DNA of 46,401 nucleotides. Source: a virus (lineage: Duplodnaviria; Caudoviricetes). The notes under the pieces are model-generated. The model was not told the origin of the DNA. It did no database searches and saw nothing but the letters and a program-made list of their open reading frames with translations. Location of the stretch: the IMG/VR virus record IMGVR_UViG_3300025030_000180, positions 1-46,401 of that record. One strand, 5' to 3'. Shown here in pieces: positions 1-9,900 of the stretch; the stretch's first letter is position 1; each line of letters starts with the position of its first letter. The translations under genes were made by a program, and so were the position numbers.

Positions 1-220
1 CGGCTGCCGCTGTGCAAAAAATAAGAAAAACAGCCATGGCCCCACGGTCGGCCGCCCTCCTCATCGTGTCGCCGAATCGCAACGATACCCTGAAATCTTC
101 GACCTGCTTGGCATCGTCCACATTTACGCCAAGGATGGCAAAAACCTGCTTGACGGCTTTCTCGGCCGCTTTCTCGGCGTGCTCGCAGTGCCCGTCTGGC
201 GGGCATTTTGGTGGTGTCAT
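1..220 (-). CDS. Putative holin-like/small membrane protein (3' end outside window)
   Basis: Read manually: ATG at 220 after AAGGA; MTPPKCPPDGHCEHAEKAAEKAVKQVFAILGVNVDDAKQVEDFRVSLRFGDTMRRAADRGAMAVFLIFCTAAA, with a hydrophobic segment starting at the window edge; lies at the end of the late operon. Confidence 0.5.
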   Translation of the reverse strand, partial: MTPPKCPPDGHCEHAEKAAEKAVKQVFAILGVNVDDAKQVEDFRVSLRFGDTMRRAADRGAMAVFLIFCTAAA

Positions 221-224
221 TGTG

Positions 225-467
225 CTATCCTTTTGAGTCCAGATTCCAGAAAAAACAACCAAAAACCCTAACCCCGGCCCACATCACCCAGGCCATCCAC
301 GGATGACCGGAGGCTTCAACTCATTCCCTCAGAAAATCGTCAGCCTCTTCCCTAGTCACGGTGTGGGGCGCTACATAATCTGCGTCATGCTGGCGACAGC
401 AATCCCACCAGGAATGCTCGAACCACCCCGTGCAGTAGTCTCGTCTGCCGGCCGGCCTGGACTTCAT
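225..467 (-). CDS. Small CCxxHDxxY (PLA2/DUF1353-like) protein with in-frame TGA at 321-323 (selenoprotein candidate or pseudogene)
   Basis: ATG overlaps the upstream stop (ATGA). Reads MKSRPAGRRDYCTGWFEHSWWDCCRQHDADY...EADDFLRE*VEASGHPWMAWVMWAGVRVFGCFFWNLDSKG; the family-type motif MWAGVRVFG continues in frame after the TGA. Confidence 0.6.
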
Positions 468-676
468 GTTTCGAGACCGAGCCGCACAAAAACCCGCTGA
501 TTGAACATCATTTCACTTTCATCCAGTTTCCAATCCACCCCGACGACAAGGAGACGAATCCCGGAGAAAATGCACGTTTCCCCAACGCGAGGGATGTGAT
601 ACATTTCTCTGTTTACTTTTCCCCCGTCTGGCGCCTCAAAAATCACAGTGACGTAAAGCCTCAAGCCCAAGTCCAT
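464..676 (-). CDS. Hypothetical protein (70 aa)
   Basis: Co-oriented ORF filling the gap; its stop overlaps the next ATG. Confidence 0.55.
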   Translation of the reverse strand: MDLGLRLYVTVIFEAPDGGKVNREMYHIPRVGETCIFSGIRLLVVGVDWKLDESEMMFNQRVFVRLGLET

Positions 677-693
677 TTTGCCACCCCCATACG

Positions 694-1368
694 TCAGATT
701 GAGTCATTGCCCCACACGACTCCGGCCAGGCAGGAGTCGTTGTCCTCGGCGCACCCTTTGGCCTGTGCAAACAAAATATCCTGCTTCGCGCCGGCCGCTG
801 CCTTTGCCGTTGAGAAGTCGGAAAAAAGAGTCTGTATCTGCTGGATGTTGTGAACCATCATGCTGTTGTCGCCATCGATCAAAACCGGCAGGGACATCGA
901 TTGTCCAGAGATAATCCCGGCCAGGATGTAGGTCATGTACTCCCCGGTGGATAGATATTGGTGGGGCTCTCCGAGGGCTGAACTCGTGACGGGTGTAGCC
1001 AGGGCGGCATCACACCAGGTCTTTATCTGTTTGACCTTGCTGGCTACCCTCTCCGCCCAGGGGATGCGGGAGGCTGTCCACGTCCTTGTGACGCTCGGGC
1101 CTTCGGTCCAGGTTGCCACTGGGCCGGAAAGGCGCTCGGTTTCCGGGTTGTAAGCCGGGATAGCGTCGGTCATCTCAAAGGCCCCAACGGCCGCTACCTC
1201 TGCCGCCATTGGGTGATTGCTCAGGGTGTAGACCGGCAGTAAGGTTTTCCAATGCCGCGCGGTTTCCGTTATGAGCGGCGCGCCATCCACATCGATGGCC
1301 TTGCAGTAATCTGCCGATGCATTGCCACAAAGGGAAAATATTGCCAGGATGATTATAATGTATCTCAT
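694..1368 (-). CDS. Signal-peptide-bearing tail fibre assembly-like protein (DUF4376-like C-terminus)
   Basis: AAGGAG RBS before MRYIIIILAIFSLCGNASA; PAYNPETERL..W..SVTRTW and VTSSALGEPHQY resemble phage tail-associated proteins; two NDS motifs at the C-terminus. Confidence 0.6.
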   Translation of the reverse strand: MRYIIIILAIFSLCGNASADYCKAIDVDGAPLITETARHWKTLLPVYTLSNHPMAAEVAAVGAFEMTDAIPAYNPETERLSGPVATWTEGPSVTRTWTASRIPWAERVASKVKQIKTWCDAALATPVTSSALGEPHQYLSTGEYMTYILAGIISGQSMSLPVLIDGDNSMMVHNIQQIQTLFSDFSTAKAAAGAKQDILFAQAKGCAEDNDSCLAGVVWGNDSI

Positions 1369-1378
1369 ATTATGCTCC

Positions 1379-2212
1379 TTATTCGGTTGTGTATCGCCCA
1401 GTTTTCGGCGTAAAATTCTCTGCATACTCCGCCGGGATCACCTTGTTGATTCGGAACTCCGCCATGGCCCCATCGTACGAATATCCAGCGCCGCCTTGGA
1501 ATTGGCCCAACCTTAATGAATATGTGGGATCTGAGGTTGACGGAGCGTTGGCAGTTTTACTTAAATAGCTTCCCCAAACCCCGTCAATCGCGAGCCTCAC
1601 ATTATTTGAGGCAAGGCTTAGGTCACATGTTACAGCGACATGATGCCATCCCGCTGTGTCGTTTGGGTATGTTCCGAGTGATCCGGAAAGAACATGAGTC
1701 CCCGCGAAACCTCTGACAATATCTATCTGTATGTCTCTCGCATTGGTAATGTATAAAAAAATGCCCACGCTGGCTGATGATCCCGCAGTATTGTCAATAA
1801 TATTGATCCCGGAAACCCCAAAGCTGCTTGGCTTGGCCCTAAAATCCAACGACCATACTGCATTCGGAATATGCAAAAACCTAAAATCAGCAGCCGTAGT
1901 GGTTGACAAATGATCTCCGTCGGCATCAAATAGTCCCACCCCAGGAGATAGTGCCCAGGGATCAGTCTGCCCCGTATCGATTTGCGCATTACCAACTGCT
2001 GTAAACGCTGGAGCTCCTGGACCGACGGCTGTATTGGTAAATGTGGTGCTGGTATCAGCCCCGATCATAGGCAGCAAGACAAACGTATCGTTGCCGTTGC
2101 CACCTATTGAGGCAATCCCCGGCGTACTTGTCGCGATGTAGGATTGGAAAAAATCAGCACGCGCCGGAGAGCATAAAAGCAGCAGCGTCGCTATGATTTG
2201 TAAAATTTTCAT
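1379..2212 (-). CDS. Signal-peptide-bearing LamG/concanavalin-A-like domain protein (putative receptor-binding)
   Basis: MKILQIIATLLLLCSPARA signal; GNAQIDT, FDADGDHL, WHHVAVT, LAIDG and G.MAEFRI motifs typical of phage LamG-like domains. Confidence 0.75.
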   Translation of the reverse strand: MKILQIIATLLLLCSPARADFFQSYIATSTPGIASIGGNGNDTFVLLPMIGADTSTTFTNTAVGPGAPAFTAVGNAQIDTGQTDPWALSPGVGLFDADGDHLSTTTAADFRFLHIPNAVWSLDFRAKPSSFGVSGINIIDNTAGSSASVGIFLYITNARDIQIDIVRGFAGTHVLSGSLGTYPNDTAGWHHVAVTCDLSLASNNVRLAIDGVWGSYLSKTANAPSTSDPTYSLRLGQFQGGAGYSYDGAMAEFRINKVIPAEYAENFTPKTGRYTTE

Positions 2213-2214
2213 GA

Positions 2215-3468
2215 TCACCACACCACGTGGGAAGTTTTGCAGAAAATTTTACCGGCGGCTCCGTACCACCAGGCGACGAAATCAAACGTTGAAACATTTG
2301 TCGTCCCTGGGCCGGGGGAAGAATCATTCCCCCAGTCGCACCAGTCCCCCACGCTATCATTGGTGCCTGTCCCGAATGTCACGGTATCGTTGTCTGACAT
2401 TTTGACGTGGACCCACCGGAATTTCGTCCCGGTACGGGGGGTGAAAATCAACCGCATTGCGCTGTCATTGGTGTCGGCGCAATGGTAGTAATGTGATATC
2501 GAGGCGTCCACGGATTCGTTGCCGTGGCAGTTACCCATGTCCACCGGTTCGTCCAGGTCGTACCCCCCCACCAGGTACGCCTCACCAGATTTCACGTTCG
2601 CCGAGTCGTTGAAATTCGCCTGGCTCGTAAAAGTCTTGCCCCCGGTAAAGGCCTGCGCCGATCCGGTCAGGTGCCGGGTGTCGTTGCCGATATGGCTGTC
2701 TAGGTTCGCGTGGGTGTAAGCCCCGGCCCCGCCCAGGGATTGGTGGACTATGGAACTGTCATTGCTCGTGAGGATATCACCGGTCAAGGTGACACCGACG
2801 CCGGCGGTAAGATTGGTTTCGGTGCTGATATCCACGCACCCGGTACAAGTCAAACCGCTCGAATCGTCCACCCGACCGGAATCGTTGACGTCATAAGTCG
2901 ATTTGCGCATGGAGTCATTGACTGTCAAACTGGATGGTACCGCCGTGCGGCCGCCAGCGCCGACCAGAATATTCGTGCTTGTCAGAACAGAAGGTGAACG
3001 GACTGTATCGTTGACAGAAAGACTTGACGCCCCGACAACCACCCCGCCGCGGCCCACCATTACCAGATTATTCGCGAAATTGCTGTCATTGGTGACGGTG
3101 CCTGTGCCGGCCACCGAGCCCCATAGCGGTACTGTTGAGTCGTTGCCGTCAGACACGATAAACTTGCCATTCGTCCCAGCCGATTCCCCCCAAGAGGTCA
3201 GGCCGGAAAATGGAAAAGTGAACGGCGGTGAAACGCAATTCAGGCCGTCATTGCCGCATATAGTCCGGACGTTCAGGTTGCCGGATGAGTCGTTAAATCG
3301 AACGAGCGGACTGCTTCCCAACACTCCGGAGTCGTTAAACTGAATGGCTCCATCCCCACCTGTCCCACCGGGAATTCCTGAGCCTGACGACCCGCCCAAG
3401 ATCATCGGGCCGGCAGTGGCAAGAACCGGAAGCAGCAGAAATAAAATGCAAGCGATTGTCTTTTTCAT
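2215..3468 (-). CDS. Signal-peptide-bearing Gly/Ser/Thr-rich fibre-like protein with 14 N-D-S/T motifs
   Basis: MKKTIACILFLLLPVLATA signal; GGDGAIQFNDSG, KSTYDVNDSGRVD, THANLDSHI and QAFTGGKTF segments typical of phage fibres. Confidence 0.7.
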   Translation of the reverse strand: MKKTIACILFLLLPVLATAGPMILGGSSGSGIPGGTGGDGAIQFNDSGVLGSSPLVRFNDSSGNLNVRTICGNDGLNCVSPPFTFPFSGLTSWGESAGTNGKFIVSDGNDSTVPLWGSVAGTGTVTNDSNFANNLVMVGRGGVVVGASSLSVNDTVRSPSVLTSTNILVGAGGRTAVPSSLTVNDSMRKSTYDVNDSGRVDDSSGLTCTGCVDISTETNLTAGVGVTLTGDILTSNDSSIVHQSLGGAGAYTHANLDSHIGNDTRHLTGSAQAFTGGKTFTSQANFNDSANVKSGEAYLVGGYDLDEPVDMGNCHGNESVDASISHYYHCADTNDSAMRLIFTPRTGTKFRWVHVKMSDNDTVTFGTGTNDSVGDWCDWGNDSSPGPGTTNVSTFDFVAWWYGAAGKIFCKTSHVVW

Positions 3469-3471
3469 TAT

Positions 3472-3834
3472 CTACAGCCTCCGGTAATAAACCATGTAAC
3501 TGACGGTCCCAGTAGTGGTTACGTCAACATAGATCCCGTTCCTGATCTCCATAGGCGGATTGAAAGAAAGGGTTTGCGACCCGCCGGAACCGGTCAGCGT
3601 CCAGGCTGGATGAATTATCTTGCCGCCTGCCGCCGAGTCGTTATCGTAAGTGTTAATGGTGACGTTATTCGTGCCGTCAGGCGTGACCATGAGACCGTAA
3701 CAGTACCCCGGCTGAGTCATCGCCGCCGAGTCGTTTGTGAGCGCACTCGTAACCCACATTGGCGTATCGGTGAAGGCGAAAGCTGAGGCGCATGCGGCCA
3801 GAAGAAAAGCCAGGGAGATTATCAGTTTTTTCAT
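3472..3834 (-). CDS. Signal-peptide-bearing small beta-sandwich virion-type protein
   Basis: GAGG RBS; MKKLIISLAFLLAACASAFA signal; GLMVTPDGTNNVTINTYDN...F...NGIYV pattern seen in small phage structural proteins. Confidence 0.65.
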   Translation of the reverse strand: MKKLIISLAFLLAACASAFAFTDTPMWVTSALTNDSAAMTQPGYCYGLMVTPDGTNNVTINTYDNDSAAGGKIIHPAWTLTGSGGSQTLSFNPPMEIRNGIYVDVTTTGTVSYMVYYRRL

Positions 3835-3865
3835 TCTAGTACCTCGTTAAATGGTTTTCTTTTCG

Positions 3866-3894
3866 ATAATACATTACGGGTTTTACAAAGGCAA
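3866..3894 (-). promoter_or_regulatory. Sigma70-like promoter upstream of the signal-peptide gene cluster
   Basis: Minus strand TTGCCT-17 bp-TATTAT, 32 nt upstream of the ATG at 3834. Confidence 0.5.
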
Positions 3895-3905
3895 CATTAT
3901 TCATG

Positions 3906-6900
3906 CTACCGGGATAACTTGTTGTACTCGGTGACATATTTTTTCTTCACTTCGGCAATCTTCTGGGCGATTCTCTCTTCCCTCGCCTTGTCGTTTTTCT
4001 TTTGCGCCAGCTTCAATGTCTTGTTCAAAAGAGAAACTTGCTTGTCAGTCTGCCGATATGCGCCGGCAAGTCTGTATAATGGATCTCTGATAATTTCCCT
4101 CTTGCCTGCCGGGTCAGCATCCTTGAATCTCTTCAGCAGCAATTCTACCTTTTCGCTTTTCTCCCTGTACAATTTGGAATCACCATAGCTCGAATTGGCG
4201 CCGTACATCTTCCGGATGAACGGAGTTTTTTCTGCAGGAAGCCCGTTTTCTGAGAACATAGCAACCGGGAGGGAAAATATATCCTTGGCGAACCGTCCGG
4301 CTGATCCGGTCACAGTCTCGACAAGCATTTCGACTGTTTCAGGGGAAACGTCAATGGCGCCCTTCTCGAACTTGTCTCCACCGGTCAGCCTGTTCAGTCC
4401 TTGCACCCCGGCCTTGATGATGGGATTTACCGACTTGAAATACCGTTCGCTGTCCGGCTTCGGGTCGAACGGATTGGTGGCCGGCATCAGGTCCCCGCCA
4501 TGCCAAGCCTTATTCTCGGCCACCTGGACTACCGGGCGCATAAGCGTCGGCGTGAAGGTCTGCGCCACCGTGGCGGCCTGGATCGGGTTGAATGTGCCGG
4601 CCAAAGCCGTGGCGAAATTTACCGCCGCTTCGGTCTTATCATTTCCACGCCAGGCTGATGCCATTTCATTGCCAAGAACAAAAAAAACATTGTACCCGTA
4701 GGGCATGGGGATTTTAAAGTAGTCGCCCTTTGACCCCGGAATCATGAAAATCATATTCCGCTCGAACAGGGACGGCTTTTCGTGCTTCAGCTTATCGTAG
4801 TATGATTCACCGTCATCATCGTCTCCGCCCATCATCACGCCAAGGACATTGGTCAGCGCCCCGAGCCCGACAATGCCACCAGCAATTTTCCGCACGGTAG
4901 GACTTTTCACCAGATTCTTGATCATGGTGACGTTGCCCTGAATACCGGCGTTGGCGAACATGACGATTGAATTGAGGAACGGCCCGACCGTCCCATGCTT
5001 CGTGAAGTCTACCGTCAAGCCTTTCGCCGTCTGGGCGGCCTTGTTCTTTTCCACACCAGCCTCGACAAGTGCCTTGTAGGTGGCAAGCCTGACACCATTT
5101 TCGACTGATATGCTCGCCTTGCCGATAATTTCGGTGTATTTTCTCCACGTTGCCCGTGCGGGGTGCTTGCCTTCTTGCGTCTCAAGTTCCTTCTGCAGTT
5201 CCTTGGCAAGTTCCTGGACATTCTCGTATCCGGATCTCCAAGAAATTTTACCACCGTGCTCGGAATAGTCGCGGTGCCATTGCGCCATTTCGGACGAATA
5301 ATCCCCGTGCTCTGCCTGGTAAATTCCCCTGATCACCGTCGGCAGCGACTTGACGATTGCCCATTTCATGTTCTTCGCTTCAGTGGCCGTCAGGTGGATC
5401 GTGGCAGTTTGCAGATCTTTGATGAAGTTCGACATCAAGAACTCAGGCGCGGCCACGGTGTTCAAGGCCGCCATGATGCGAACTGCGTATCTCGACGCCC
5501 TGGTGATCGGGCCAAGGTCATTCGCCTTGTAATTTATCGCGGCCATCCACCGCAACATCGGCTTGTTGTCTTTCGGAACGCTGACGATGTAGACCTTGCC
5601 GTCAACTTTGACCTTCGTTTCGTTTTCCGACAGGGACAGGCTCATGTCCTGGTAATACCTGACATTCCCTTCCTTGTCGCGGTACGGCTTCTTTTCGCGT
5701 TCGACAATGGACCACTTCGATTCATCCGGGTTTTCCTTCACCATCTCGTAAAGCGCCCGGCCAGCTTCAAGGTTGTACTTCCTGCTGATGGCGGCCTGGT
5801 AGCGGTCAATGACGTGGGCGAAGATGTCAACAACTCCCTTGGTCGATCCAGAGGCCATTTTGATCGGGCTTGCCAGCGGACCGGTGCCAGGCTTGCCGGT
5901 TGGCTGGCGGTTATCTTCCATGTCCTCACGGTAAAGCGGAACGTGGAACTCGTAAGTGCCGCTTATCGCCCGGTATTCATCCTCGGTGATCTCTCCGGCC
6001 TCAAAGTTAGTTTCAAGCGCCTGCTCGTTTATGGCTCTCAGTCTTCTGGTGGCCTCGAATATCGGACTTCCAGCCTTATGGCTTGCGACCACCTCGGCAG
6101 CCTGCTCGTCGGTCATTCCGGAGAGACGGCCCTTCACATCGTTCCATTTCTCCGCGACCTTCACGCGAGCGGCAAGGCGGTCACGCTTGTTGTCGATCCG
6201 GTCTTGATGATACTGCCTGGTCTTGTCCTCGATGTCGTCGCGGACATCAAGAGCGTCCTGGTCTGCGTCGATTTCGGCGGCCTGTTGCCTTTGCGTTCTG
6301 ATTTCCTTTTCTGAAATTTCATCCATCATGCCCACGTAGTTGTCGCGGCGCTCGTTAAGCGTCTGCTGATCCATGACGAACTCGGTGTTGACGTCGAACA
6401 ATCTCTTGGCGTATGGCCCCTGTTCTTTCTCGGTCATCTGCGCCACAAGGGCGTCGATGTACTGCCGGGCATTGACTCGCCGCATTTGTAGGTTGCGCTC
6501 AGGTGCATGTTGCGCCCAGGCCAGGCGCTCAAGGTCCGGGATGGTGATCTTGTTGTCAGCAAGGAACTTCAGCAGGGGCTTGAGTACATCCCGGTCGAAC
6601 ACTTCAATTTCGCTTGCCGTTTTCGTGCCGACTAATCCCCGGAGCAAGGCATAATCCCTCGTCACCGGTTGTGGCCCGACTTCGCGCTGCACACGCTCAA
6701 TCGCTATGTCTTTGTCCCAAAGGTACGTTCCTACCTGCTCATAAAGCTCTGGGGCGTTTTGGAGTATTCCCATCGGGCGAGGAGTGGCCCCGGTCGCTTC
6801 GTGGTATTCTGCCGTGCTATTCAGTCGGGCAGCTCCGGCGATATCACCGGCCAGCAGGGCGGCGAGAATCGGGTCTGACTCCTTGGAGAAAAGTGGAGCC

Positions 6901-9900
6901 TTGGCCGCCGCCGCTATTTCGGCCTTGCTGTACCGGATGTCGTCGGTGAAGGGCGAGAATTGGCCGGTGTTGCCGATGGCGGATTTTATTTGGTCGGGGC
7001 TAAAGATTGCCACAATGTGCGAAACCTTCCACGGCCCTACAGTAGAAATTGAACCGTCAGCCATATGGGTGAATACCACCGAGTCGCTTCCTTCTTTTTT
7101 TGCCTCGCTGATCGTTTCCTTTAAAAAACCTTCCCTGTACGCCCCACCGCTCATATCCCAAACTGTAGGATTCTCTACCTTCAAGAAAACGGGGTAAACG
7201 CTGGCCCCGACGGAACGTCCGGCGAAATCATCCGCTACCCCCGGCTTACTCGTAAAAAAGAACGTCCCTTCGGTATCCGCCCCCAATGTCCCGGACCCGG
7301 AGTAATCGTCAGAAAACTCGTTGAAATCCGCCTGCGTTCCGTGGTACATGACTAGCGGTTCGCCATTGGCGTCCACCACCCGGCTGTCCCCGAACCACTC
7401 CTTAAACGCCTCAGTCCGAGTTTGCACCCACTGCCTTTCGTTCAACTTTGTCGGCTGGCCGTTGGGGGCCTTCATCCACTGCGAATCCCCAAGCCTAGAA
7501 ATAACCCGCCCCTTTTTGTCAACTCTATACACTCGGGACGCTGGTATTTCATGGAACCCATCGCCACCTATTCCTGGCCCCCATTGAGGCTCAAGAGAGA
7601 CCATGGCCCCGTATTGACCCCTTTGCACATTGCGGAGGTCGCTTTCCCGGACCGCCAACCACACATCTCCACCAAAATCAAATCCAGGTTTTTCAACAAA
7701 GCTCCCGCCACCAAGCCCTTCTTTTTTGATCAACTCAAGGTCTTTGCTTTTGGTGTTATGGAATACCCACCCGGAACCAAGTTTTGTCCCCGCCTTGATA
7801 TCTTTGAACTTCTCGACCACCGCGTCATATTGGCTCTGTGCCTCGGCTACCGTGATCCCAAACTGCTTGCTGAACGCCGCAACCGCATCACCCATCGCCG
7901 CCCGTTCCTCGGCCCCGACATTCTCAGCGAACCTCTTAAACCGGCCAGTCACCGCCGCGATAATCTCATCCGGCGTGAACCGACCAACCGGCAGGCCAAC
8001 TCGCCGCATCCATAGTTTGATCGCCGTCCAGAGCCGCCGATACCAGGGGGACGTGTGGTTTGATGGTTCTTGAGAATGATAACCGATCGCCTCCTCGGTG
8101 CGGACCTCGGCAGGGGTATTGGCCGGCACACGAGCAAAGGCCGCTTGCACGGACTTGTCGGTCGCCCGTGCCGCCTCGAAGTCAGCCTTGATCTTGCCGA
8201 ACAGCTTCATGAAACCCGAATCTTCACGGCTCAGAAGGTGAATCGCTTCGTGGGCCAGGACGTAACGGGTGTCGCCGGCCCGGAGACGGTCGGCTACCAG
8301 ATAGATCTTGCCGTTGTGGTATGCGCCTACAACAGAGCCAGACCTGGAGTAAAGAGCCTTGATGCTTATGTCGTCGTCGCTGAAAATGACGTAGTTGTAA
8401 TTACCCTCACCCTTGCCGCGACTGGTGCCGTCCAGATATTTGATGCCCCTGATTCCGAGAGAGTGAAGATATTCGGAGGCGGCCTTATCGCTATCAAGCC
8501 CATCCGCAATATACCTATATAAATAGCTCCCCCTGTGCGTCTGGCTGATCTCGCCCTGCGCGAAGTCTGAATTCGCAGCCAGTGCAAACCGTACATTTTC
8601 GCTCTGCTCGCTTAACGGTTTATCCCAAAGCAAATACTCGTCTTCTTTTGGTTCCAGTTCTACCTCATACAGGGCACCTATTTCTATCGATATTTGATCT
8701 TTTTGTATCTGGGATAGATATTCAACCATTGCATCGAAGTAAGCGGCATTAACTTTTCCAGGATTATTTTTTTCACCCCACGCTCGGAACGATAGAAGTT
8801 TTTTTATTTCGTTTTCTTTTGCGCTCTCAAACGATTCCCCATCTTCGTACATTCTGTCTATTATGCTGGCGGCAGCGTTATCAAGTGATGCTTTTGTCCC
8901 CGAGAAAACAACGTCCCTCCCGTTAAAATTAGGGCGGTTATCGGTGAGAGATTTACGGTAAAATTCGGCCACCGCACGGCTTGACGCCATGTACAATCCG
9001 TGCCCATAAGCCTGAGCCCCTTCCCCAGTGCCTATTTTTTCGGTACTGAACTTATCAAACCGGTGCGGCGACCCATGCCAAGCGGTCATAAACAACCCGT
9101 CCTGACGCACCCCATCCGGCAACCCGCTCTCATCCACCACAACAACCAGCTTCCCGGCCTTCACCATATTGTCATGCCCAACGCCAAGGTACTCGCGGGA
9201 CTCGGCGGTGACTTGCGCGACGGTGCGGTTGGTTGACGGGGTGGTGGACTTGGAGAACAGACTTTCAGCAGGCTTACTCTTTTCTGAACCTCCCGACTTG
9301 TCAATAACCACCATCCGCGCATTGGCTCCCGTCGTAACCGGCAGAGACGGGTCTTGGAACGTGTCGCCCTCCAGCTTTTCAGACGTGCCGCCGACCGACT
9401 CCAGCCACTCGCGGAACGCTACGGCCTTCTTGTCCTGGCCGAAGAATACGCCCTCACCCATGAGCGCCACAATCTTGCCGCCCGGCTTCAACAGCGTGTA
9501 AGCGTGCTGAACGTGCTCGGCGTCTCGGCGATTGCTGAACGGGGGATTCATGACGATCCGGTCGTACTGGCTGGGGACAACCTTATCTTCTGATTTTATC
9601 TGCTCCCGCAACGAAATAATCTGTTCGTTTACCCTGTCAGCATCAGCATTTCCCGTGGTGGTTCTGGCCCGTGTGGCACTCCCATTGTGGAAACGGGCCA
9701 TTTGCTTTTCTCTAATAGAATCTCTTTTCTTCAGCAAAGCATCTAGTTCTTCTTGTAACGGTGATGTACCAGTTTTACCAACATCCATGAAGTCCTGTCC
9801 GACCACGTTGAAACCCTTGGCGTCCAGCAGTTCGCGTCGGTCGCTGGCCATCTCCGCCACGTCAGGCTCAACACCAGCCTCGCGGATCTGCTCAGCAATG

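Noticed and set aside
5163-6314. 383-aa plus-strand ORF and similar long antisense ORFs (e.g. 9532-10347, 25694-26497, 26870-27754)
   Set aside because: Shadows of well-supported minus-strand genes, with no recognisable motifs
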